Below are positions 52,861-63,450 of a DNA stretch of 63,450 bases, piece after piece. Position 1 is the stretch's first letter, and each line of letters opens with the position of its first letter. Below the pieces are notes generated by a model. It saw nothing but the letters and a program-made list of their open reading frames with translations, was not told the DNA's origin and made no database searches. A program made the position numbers and the translations under genes. This DNA comes from Pseudovirgaria hyperparasitica. Lineage: Eukaryota. The stretch lies in assembly GCA_010093815.1 (NCBI GenBank), contig ML996579.1; one strand, 5' to 3'.

Positions 52861-54964
52861 TCAAGTGCTTCGCACATAGCGTTTCTCTACAGCATCAACT
52901 TGCTTCTTCATACCCTGGCCGCCGTATCCCTTTTCTACTCTTGCTCTGATATCTCGAACCAGTGCTTTGGCATCCTCGACTTCGACTCCATCCTGGCATA
53001 GCTCGTTCGCAAGTTCCATAGATCTCTGAAAACCGCCTTGGGAGTATTCCCACTTCGCCAGCCACATCCTCGCTTTGCTTGTTGTCGGCGTTACGCCCAC
53101 ACCGATACTTTCTACTGTAGTATCGCTCGTGTCTTGATCTTCCGGGCCCTCTTCTTGTGCCAATGTCAGCTCCATGTACGCCGCGCATTCCTCGTTATCC
53201 TGTGATCGCTCATACAATAGCGCAATTTGGTACAGAACTTCTGGGTCGAGTATACCAGCCCCAAGTCCATCCTGGTTTCCAAAACCACTTCCCGCCCCCG
53301 TATCATAGTAGCTACCAGCAACAAGGGCTCGCTTGTACGATCGGATACCGTTGGCACACTTGCCGACTCGGCCAAAGCTTTGACCTACGGCCATCCACAT
53401 TTTGGGGTCGTAAGGCCGGAGGCTTGCTGCGCGTTGGTAATAGAATAATGCGTAGCTATGCATTTCGAGCACTTCGTATGTCTGGCCCAGGCCATACCAT
53501 GCTCGGTAGTCTTTACGATTCACATCAACAGCTCTCCGGTAGGACTCTATGGCCGCATGGGTGTTCTTCATTTCTACGTACTCGTGTCCCATCAAAGTCC
53601 ATGCGGACAGGAAATTTCGGTCGAGCATCAGTGCACGTCGAAAGTACATCACGGCCTTTTCGTGCTCTGACTTTAGACTGAAGTAATTGCCGACCACGCA
53701 GCATGTTTCTGGCCTAAACTTATCTGTGGCAGTAGCCAGTTGTGCCAGAAATGCCAGTTTGGGCTTGAGGTCAAGCACGTACAGAATGTTTGAGTAATTA
53801 TCAAGCGAGTCAATCCGGTAGGGATCTGTCTGTAACAGATCGGAGAAAATGGATTCAGCCTCTTCGAAATCCTTTGAATGGTAATACAATAGAGCACGCT
53901 GGGTCTTTAAGAACGAGCTTGTTGGGAAGATAGACTCAATCTCATTTAGATTGGCGTGAACTCGGTCCGTTGACTGATACAGTTCCTGGCTGGAATATAT
54001 GTGGAAGATAAAAGCCATAATATTCGGTGGGACTTGCTCGATCACTGCCGAGAGCTAAACGCTGTTAGCATTCAGACTCTCCCGGGATCGTACATTTAGG
54101 GACAAACCTCGTCGCTCGTAGCAAGTAAAGATGACAGTTCCACCCAGGCCCCCCAGTTGTACGGATATACACGCACGCTTTCAAGAAGCCATTTCTTTGC
54201 CAGTCGTTCATTCTTGTTCTTGGCAAGTACAATTCCGTACAGGTACTCAAGCCAGCCTCCACCGTTTGAATCCATGCCCCCAGCTGTATTTCTGTAAGAA
54301 AACCAATCCTCGAGGATCTTAGAAACATCGTTGAGCTCCTTGTTCACCGTCACCCCCCCGTCCGCTGGACCAAGAATCATCTCGCTTTCCTCATCTTTCC
54401 TTTTCTCCCCCGACATATATTTGGCATACAATGAGAGGAACAGCGCCTTCTGGCTTATACCAACCAATGATACTGCAATCGAGCGTTTCTCCGTAGGCAT
54501 GGTAGCTTTCCTTTTGCCCTTCCCTATGCTCTGAGGGTGTATCGGGGATGATGTTCTGATCGGACCTTTGGCTACATTCGCCGGTAAGAAGATTGCTGCA
54601 CATCGATCGAATTCACGACAATCAAAGTAGGCCTTCGCCAAGAGGTACCTCGGAAGCTCTTTTTTTTCCAGCGCGACTTCAATTGGGTCATGCAGTATGA
54701 AGACATCTTCATCACTTGGAGATGCGTCTGACATTGACGAATCGGGTTCAGTCTCTGAGCCATCTACGAGGGTAGTCTCTTGAAACGAGTTGAGTATTTC
54801 TGCCGCCCTTGAGCTCATTTATTAGTAGTGATTGTGATCTCGGTGATAAGAGTGACGGACCACTTGGCTGACTGAGATAGACAACGGTCAGAGCACTGAA
54901 TGACAGCATTCTGAAGCTGCGCACGTAGCTGGGCTGCAGCTGGCTCAGATAATATGGCAGCCAT
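52861..54964 (-). CDS. CDC23: Anaphase-promoting complex subunit Cdc23/APC8 (exons 54964-54861, 54807-54108, 54054-52861)
   Basis: CSDRCL.QSAKWAAE, YLLAKAYFDCREFDRCA and TPR block FRPETCCVVGNYFSLKSEHEKAVMYFRRAL...AWTLMGHEYVEMKNTHAAIESYRRAVDVN. Confidence 0.96.
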
Positions 54965-55311
54965 GTCGCTTCGCCTTAAGGCTTCGGAGTGTACGGGAGA
55001 CAGATTATCCCATACGTATGCGGTAGTGGCGGGTCTTTCGGGCGCTAAAGAAAGTCGACGCTGCTACGACACGAAGTCGTCCCTATAATCTGTACGGTAT
55101 ATCCTGTGGCACATGTGGGCTGTGTGGAGATGTGGAGAGTATTAGAGGTCTCTATACCAATAGAGAAATTACGAAAGTTTCTCGAGTGTCTATTGTTATT
55201 GTTGTTCTACTACTCGAGATTTCTTCGGCTAAATTATAGAACCTTCTACTTTAGAACCGTCTAAGATCGCTCTATCAACCCAGCTACCTTCGACAAGCAA
55301 CTTCTGATTCC

Positions 55312-56778
55312 ATGATTTTCCATGCCCGTACATTGTTCCAGCTGCGAACGCCAGTCTTGCATAGATCTCGTCTTATCGTAGTACCTTTCATAGATCGCGC
55401 AGGCCGTGTTACATCGCGCTACATGTCATCTACGGCTGCCCCGTTCGAAGAAGAGAGGGAGGAGGGTTTCGCAAAATTCTACCCGATGACCTTAGGTGAA
55501 GTCATACATGAAAAGTATAAGGTCGTGGCAAAACTCGGCTTCGGATCTACAAGTACTATATGGTGCTGTCGTAACCTGGCGTAAGTGAACATTATGGTTG
55601 TGAGTCAGGTGGAGCGTACATTGACTAGCTAGCCCAGGACGAATACATATACCGCACTGAAGATCTATGCCCACGACTTGATCGCAGAAGATGATATTCA
55701 TAATGAGACTGCTATCTACAAACACCTCAGTACCGCGGGGAACCCCGATCATCCTGGCAAGAAGTACGTCCGAACTATTCAGGATTCCTTCTTTATCACA
55801 AGCAGAATGGGGAATATCCATCAATGCTTGACTCATGAGGTTCTTTCCAACGATATATTGAACCTCCGACATATTCACCCAGATCGTAAGATGCCCGAGG
55901 CATTGCTGAGGTCGATATTGTTACATTTGCTGCTCGCGCTAGATTTTCTGCATAGCGAGTGCCATGTCATTCACACAGGTCGGTTGACACCTTTGCTATG
56001 CGTTAGAGCGTACTAATAGTTTGTTAGATATCAAAGAAGAGAACATTTTACTAGGTCTGGTCGATTCATCTATTCTGGACCAACTGGACACCCAAGAAAT
56101 TGCGACATCGAGCCTTTATCAAACTGTCAATGGATATAATATATATAGAAGCGTAAGGTTTGGTATTCCAACCACGTTTGGCCGCCCGATCCTGTGCGAT
56201 TTTTCTCTCGCTCGGCACGGACAGGTTAAGCACTGTCATGACATCCAGCCAGATCCCTACAGGGCGCCGGAGGTTATCCTAGAGATACCCTGGGGCTACG
56301 CTGTGGATATATGGAATGTCGGAGTTATGGTGCGAGGCCATCTACATTAGCTACAATCATGAAACTAATAAGAGCCTCTAGGTCTGGGATATGTTTGAAA
56401 ATAGACATATGTTCAACGGGCATGATCCCAAGACTGGAAAGTATGAGAATCGCTTCCACCTTGCTAGTATAGTTGGTCTTCTAGGCCCTCCTCCCCTAGA
56501 ATTTCTTCAGCGGAGCGAGTATAGCTCTGTATACTTCGATGATAGAGGTAAGTATTCAATTCTAAGGAATTGCGTCGGCCAATCTAATATATACGATAGG
56601 TAATTGGAAGTGTGTTAATCCCGTCTCACCTATATCGTGGGATGATATTCAGAGGAATCCCGATATTACTAATAAAAAAGGCTTTATTGACTTCATCCGT
56701 AAAATGCTCCAGTGGAAGCCAGAATCGAGAGCGTCAGCCTCTGAGCTACTAGAAGACCGATGGCTACTTGGAATGTAA
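55312..56778 (+). CDS. SRPK-like (CMGC) protein kinase (exons 55312-55580, 55638-55978, 56028-56329, 56382-56547, 56600-56778; alternative start 55422)
   Basis: [48 protein letters not shown]...[23 protein letters not shown]; four GT-AG introns give a continuous frame. Confidence 0.88.
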
Positions 56779-57202
56779 AAAGTAGATACGTATCTTACTT
56801 CTATAACTTAATTAGATACTAGTAGATTATTATCTATAGATCTATATCTTCTCTAGTCTATATAGAAAAGAACTATAAGTTCTCTTTAAATATATAACTT
56901 CTTATTAGTTCTCTTATATAGTATTATATAGTAGAATAGGTCTATATAATACTTATAATGAATTCTTTAATAGCTATATTTAATAACTAATATCTATAGA
57001 AGTCTATAAATATAAAGAAAAGCTAAATAGTTAAATATTAGTAATAGAAAGTATATATATTAAAATAAGTAAGGAAACGTCCTTCTTAAGTATTAAGGAT
57101 AGAGTTATTATATCTTAGTTAAGTATTCATTAATTGCTAGCTACTTCATAGAATCTACGGCTATATATATAGGATCTTTAGTCCGTGGTTCTTACCGTTA
57201 TC

Positions 57203-60200
57203 TATAAGAATAGGGTTATTAGATAGTAGTATAGTTAGATAGAACAATGGGGTGTATTCTATTATAGAACGAATTACTACTAAACCCTTTTAGTAGGAAT
57301 CCGAGAGTATATATATAAAGGGACGCCGATCTATCTAGTACGTAACTATTTACTACCCTTTACGTTACCTTCTAACTCTATTAGCTAAGATATATATAGA
57401 TTAGGTCCTATCTAAGGCTAAGTTCTAATAATTATCCCTTCTCTCTAGGAAGCTACCCTTAGCGACCTAGATTATTATCTATCTCTATATCCCTATTCTA
57501 AGTCTCGTAAGACCTTAGTCGTTCTCTATGCTTTATCTTAGATACTTACTAATATTTACTAATCTAAGATTTATATAAGCGTTTTCCTAATAAACTAGAT
57601 TTTATCCATCTTAACTTCTTATATAGGTAAGATTACCTAATTAGGCCTAGCGTATTATGTAATATAATTAGATAAGCCTAGGTACTACCTATATTAAAAT
57701 CTTTTCTTAGAAATATTCCTTTCTTTAAAAAACTTCTTAACTCTTTATAGAGTTTTTTAGATTATTAGATATATCACCCGATCCTTATAGATATAGATTT
57801 ATATAGATTTACTATAATTTAGTACGATTTATATAATTTACTAATTTTCGTGCCGTCCTTAGCTAGTAATAATATAATTTATAATAATCCGTATAAATTA
57901 ATAATAATTATAATATAGTTTCCCGAAATCTTAATGCTCTAAAGTAATTAGCGCGGAAATAGGCGCCTTTAAATAATCCCTATCTTATATACGTTACCGA
58001 TATATCGAAAGCTATTAATCTACCCTAACCTAGGCCGGGCTCTAATAATCTAGCTATATATTATTATAGTTATCGCTTTCTATCGTATATTACTTACGGT
58101 AGTACTAAATCTATAATATACGGTACTTATATAACTAAGAAGCGTTATTACTTATAGATATTTAAGTAAGTTCGAAGAACTTTACGTAGATTTACTTATA
58201 TTAGTATAGATTACTACTAGGCCTCTAGTAACCCCTACTAATAAGGAGTATAGTACTACTAATCGTAACGCCTTAGAGAAGGCTTTCTACGAGCTATATA
58301 CCTAAGGTAAGGGTTACGCCTAGGAGTACGATTCTAATAAGATCCGTAAGGATTTATTAGAATCTACTATAGCTATTATTACCGTAATTACTAGGTAATA
58401 TCGTTTTTCTTAAATTATTATAGATTCTTACTAATATATATTAATCTCTATAATAGTGCTAAAATCTCTACTACTTCGGACTTCTTTCTATATACTAGTA
58501 ATATTAGAATTCCTAGAAAAGGTTCTAGTAAAAAGGCTAAGGTTTCTTCCTCGCGCGTGCTAAAGAGCTATAAATTTAGGGAAGATAGCTCTAATCTAGA
58601 AGTTTCTATACTAAAGGTATATAGTTCTATACCGATCGTTAAATCTTTTTACTAATTTATATAATTCTTAGCGTGCCCGCGCTAGTCCGTCCCTCTCTAT
58701 CCCAGGTCCCGCCGCTCCGTAGGTTTCTATAGAGGAGTTTATAGCTATAAGGCGCGCTATATAGAATTTATAGCGTCGGAATAAAAGGCTAGAGACTTAT
58801 ATTATAAAGCTCTATACTATACTAAATAAGAACTAGCGGAAGGAATTAGACGTAACTATCGCGGTAATTAGTACTTCTACTCCTACTCCGACTTAATCGG
58901 TTTAGATCTATACTAATTAGTACTAATATATCTCTTTTATCTAGCGTTTTTGGTTTTTCGGTTTTAATTTTAAAGCGATCTTACTTCTTCTAGATAGATT
59001 AGTACAAGTTTATATAGATCTATATAGATCTTTATATTTTCTTTTAGCTTTCTTAATTTTATCTTTCTTTAATAATAACTTCTTTAATCTCTTTAGTAAT
59101 CTATACTAATCTATACCGATCGGCACCGATTTTCGATGTCTATTTCTCTTAGTAAATCATTTTTCTAAGTCTCTTTTTTAGTTAAATTTTTTAAAGTTCT
59201 AAGTTTAAACTTTCTAAGGAAGTTTCTTAATTCCTTAGAATGTTTTAAAGATCTATATCTCTTTTACCTTCTTCCTTTTAGGCGGCCGTCCTTAGCACTA
59301 AACTATACTAAAAAATATCGAATTACCGTACTTTAGTATAATTCTCTACGATTCCGCGGCTTCCTTTACTAATTACTACTTATATACTAATATCGCTACT
59401 TTACTAATGTTTATTATAGGTTCCTAAGTATCTTCGTTAGGATTATATTCTTTCTAATAAATTTTATATAGCCACGTACCATCTTTAGCGCGTTACTAGC
59501 TAAGTATCTACTTAACTTTATAGATATCTATATCTTCTTACGTAACTACTTTATATAGTATCTATTTAGAATAATCTGGTAATAATAAGGTATGAAATGG
59601 CTCGAGAAGCGTAATATGGAATATATTATATATCTTTAATATAGAAGGGAGTTATAACTCGTACGCCTAGTTATTAATTATATAAGTAATCTTATATAGA
59701 CCTATTATTATATAGTTAAGCTTCTTCTTTGGCCTAATACTATAAATATTCTTACTATTTAGTAAAACTTTATCCCTAACATTAAAGATCATAGGTTTTC
59801 TACCCTTATTATAGTACGATTTACTATAATTCATAGTATCTTATAGTAACTTTATAATACTTCTTTACGTTTAGAATAGTTCTATAGTAATTTCTATTAC
59901 TTTAATATTAGGTCGTTCTACTTTAAACTAAGTCCCTAAGAACTATATATTATGGTTCTAACCGAAGTTTACTTCGAACGGACTTACGTAGGTTAACGTA
60001 TATCGGCTATTATTATACGCGAATTCCGCGATATAGACTAACCTTAGCTAGTTATCCTACTTATAGTTATAATATACGCGTAAATACACCTCGACTATCT
60101 AATTCTACCGCTCCGTCTATCTATCTATTTATAGGTAGAACGTAGTACTAAGTTTCCGCTTAATTCCTAGCGTATAGTAGAAATCCTTCTAAAATTTAGA

Positions 60201-63200
60201 CATTATCTACGGACCTCTATCCGAAACTATACTATTTAGTATACCGTAGAGCCGGACTATATTATAGAGTAGTATATCTATAAGATCCGGTGCTTGGATC
60301 GTCTTCCTTATAGGGATATAGTATAATATCTTTATAAATCTATCTAGAACTATAAGTAAACTATTATAAATATACCTAGAATACTTACTTAGGGGTAGAT
60401 CTATGATAAAATCCATCGATAATTCCTTCCATGCCTCCTTTAGCATAGATAATAGCCTTAATTCGCTATATGGTAAGTGTCTATATACTTTCGTATACTG
60501 GCAAACGTTATACGTTTTTATATAGTCTTTTATATATTTATAAAGACCCGGCTAGTCGTACGTCCTTCGGATTAAATCGACCGTCCTTATAACGCTAAAG
60601 TACCCTACTAACACGTAATCGTACTATTCCCTTAAAATATCGATTTATAAGCCGCCTTCCGGTATATAGAGTTGGCCTTAGAAGTAGATCGCGTCTAATT
60701 ATCGTTCCTACCTTAATAACCACGGTAGATCTATAGCGCTTCCTTTTATACTTATAACTTTCTTTACTAATATATTAGAATTCTAGGTAGATTTAATTAA
60801 GTCTTTAAGGGTTTTCTTAGTTTCTTAGACGTTTATTTAGATTACTTAATACCCGCTCTAATTCCCGCGGAGAATCGCCGAAAGTGTCCTAGCTTCTAGT
60901 ATTCTATTAGATAACTAGTCTTATAGTATCTAAAGTATAGTATAGTCTAAATTACACCAACTATCTACATCATTCTATAACAATTTCTTATAATCTTTAT
61001 ACCGCGATAGAGGATTAGCTTTATTCTCTCTTCTAGCTTTATATAAGATTTTAAAGTTAAATATTAATATCTACTTAGCCTAACGTACTTATCGGCGATT
61101 AAGGACCTTAGTTAATATAAAGTAACATAGATTTACATAATCCAATAATAATTCAATCTAATATACAGAGCCTTCTAAATAATATCACTATTACTTAAAA
61201 CTCTTAATAATTATAAGTAGTTCCTAGTCATGCGTGTTATAACGCGTCTCTATATCCGCTATTTTACGGGAAAAGAAAGCGACCGGGTGCTATTACACCT
61301 TGTCTTTCGTATCTTTATACGGTTAACTAATAATTCTAGTAATTACGAATTCTAATATGTTAGTTTTAACCTAAATATACTTCTTAGGATTAAAATACCT
61401 AAGAATCGGCGTAGTTATAAAGTAATTCTTTAATAATTAGAACGTATCTTACGCTTCTAGCGTTAACTATATCTTAACTAACTTAGCTTTACGCTATGCT
61501 CGCCTACCTATAGAGATTTTACTACTATTCTCTATAAGTTTATTAAGCGGCGCTATAATTCGTAAGAAGTCTATAATGAATTTATAATAATAGTTTACGA
61601 AACCTATAAATGTTCTAATTTAACGTATAGTAGTAGGTTCTAGCTATTCTATAATGGTCTTTACACGCTCCGGCTCTATTTTTAGGCCGCTATATATAAT
61701 AATAAAGCCGAGAAACCGAACTTCTTATTAGTGAAACTTGTATTTAGATAATTTTACGTAGAGTTTATACTACCTTAGACAATTTAGCACCGATTTCATA
61801 TGTTCTTTATAATCCTATATACTATTAGAGTAAATTAGTATATTATTAAGATAAACTACGTAAATCACGTTAAGTAATCCTACGAGTATAGTATTAATAT
61901 ATCCTTAGAACGCTCCTAGCGCATTTATTAGCCCGAATGGTATAATAGTATACTTAAAATAACTATATCTAGTCCGAAATGTGGTTTTCTACTCATCTCC
62001 GCGACGAATTTAAAGCTAGTAATATATATCTTATAAATCTAGCTTCGTAAAGTACTTTACCTTTATTAATTAGTCTAAAGATTTACTAACTAGCGGTAAT
62101 AGATAACGATTCTTCTTAGTTACCGTATTTAGTATCTAATAGTCGACGTATAGACGTAAACTTCCGTCTTTCTTCTTTACAAAGAGAATAGATGCGCTAG
62201 CTAATAATATACTACGACGTATCTAGCCTCTTCTAAGGTATTCTTCGATATATTTATAAAGAACTTCGAGTTCTAGTCTCGAAAGTAGGTAAAGTAGACT
62301 ATAAGGGACGTCTACTCCCTCTTTAAGCTTAATCTTTAGCTTATACGGCCCGTAATTAGGGAGAAGTAACGTATCTTCTACCGAAAACATATCCGTATAC
62401 TACGAATATATATCGGGTAGCGTGTCTTTGCCCTAATTATTACTATCGTCCTTATCTTTATTAATGATTAATAAGGATATAAGATAGATTAGCGATAATT
62501 AGGTCCGTACGGCGAGGTTCTATGCCTTCTTACTAATAGTTACGACTTACTAGTATAATTTACTATAGTATCGTCGGAACGTTAATATCTCCTTCTAAAA
62601 ATTAAGGATAGGGTTTAGGCGTCTAAGCTAAGGCATCCCTAGAATTATATTCTATTAGCTAATATTAGCCACGATGAATTTATTAGACATCTACTATTTT
62701 ATTATCTTCGAGTTATGAACTTTGTAATTCGTTATAGCTTTACCTAAAGTTCTAACTTTATATCTATTAACTATAATAGTTTGGCTAACTTTACTAAGAT
62801 TATATAATAATCTATACTCCTTTACGAGAATCGATAAAATATAGTTATCTTCTATACTAGTATCCACGAGGGCCTATATAGTTTTATTACTATTTACTAT
62901 AGGTAATAATACTTTTAGTAATATTAGGTCTTTACTTACCGGAAGGCGCTACGGCTCCTCCTAAGTATATATAATTTAGCTAAGGACGCGGTTAGGTCTC
63001 GTGTACTAGTCTATTCTTTTTTTGGATTCTTATAGTTAGGCGAAATATATCCTATTTCTCTATACTTATAGTAACGAAGTGCGCTATAATCCTACTATTT
63101 TACGATAGGCGTTATATTTAAGCCTATATCTTATTCTTTTCCGCGTTAAGAAGCACCGCCTTAATTATTTCGGTGTCCTCTTAACGCGTTTCTACCCCGA

Positions 63201-63450
63201 TTTACGCTCTTCTAGCGCTAATCGCGGTAAGGTTACTCTTAATCGAACGTATTCGATTGACCTCGTTTCTAACCTATATAGGGTTCGTTAGTTTTACCTA
63301 GAGAGCCGCGTTCCTTAAGGATGCGGTAGTATTTATTAGCTTTCTCCTCTAATTCGTGTAGATAGTTAAAACTTAATAATACTATTTCTAGTCTTTCGCG
63401 GATTAACGGAAGTAGCACTTCGCGAAACTAGAATATACGAATATTTTCCT
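57203..63450 (-). mobile_element. Ty3/Gypsy chromovirus copy 3 (3' LTR 57203-57430), truncated by the window end within gag
   Basis: Reverse complement of copies 1 and 2; fills their gap and shows a chromodomain relic at ~59404-59530 (DIY.V..IL...RAKDGTWLYKIL*KEYNPNEDT*EP); integrase fragment ORF 60207-60446. Confidence 0.93.
57915..58896 (+). pseudogene. Antisense, three-intron accessory gene of Gypsy copy 3 (~270 aa; exons 57915-58157, 58210-58394, 58457-58616, 58672-58896)
   Basis: Introns of 52, 62 and 55 nt end in TAG with branch-like motifs; GT donors are seen in introns 2 and 3, and in intron 1 in copy 1 only; removal gives an 813-nt frame whose internal stops are all TAA/TAG (RIP-compatible). 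Confidence 0.72.

Larger units (their letters stand above)
56780..63450. other. AT-rich RIP block (right)
   Basis: Abrupt compositional switch directly after the kinase stop codon. Confidence 0.9.

Noticed and set aside
32766..56778. Gene island as a Starship cargo region or secondary-metabolite cluster
   Set aside because: No tyrosine-recombinase captain and no PKS, NRPS or terpene cyclase; the genes are functionally unrelated and mostly core

Overview
Filamentous-ascomycete (Pezizomycotina, possibly Dothideomycete) genomic window with a two-compartment layout. Positions 1-~32,750 and ~56,780-63,450 are AT-rich transposon blocks showing RIP signatures (TpA-rich, CpA/TpG-poor); three N-gaps lie in the left block. 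They flank a GC-balanced island (~32.8-56.8 kb) of nine genes: APH-type phosphotransferase, Opi1, a mitochondrial-targeted hypothetical protein, Nup98-Nup96, ERG20, a WDR89-like WD40 protein, SDH3, CDC23/APC8 and an SRPK-like kinase. Target-site duplications resolve the left block into a five-level nest of Tad1-like LINEs and Gypsy chromoviruses. Main findings: (1) all three Gypsy copies carry a RIP-degraded, three-intron antisense gene (~270 aa, inferred Zn-cluster-like N-terminus, coiled-coil-like C-terminus) in the 3' region. (2) Two independent chimeras fuse the same 1,204-bp unknown head sequence to differently truncated LINE 3' ends, resembling Magnaporthe MINE/WEIRD. (3) A 31-bp perfect palindrome brackets the LINE coding region at both ends. 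All work was done by eye without database searches, and de-RIP reconstructions are inferences.
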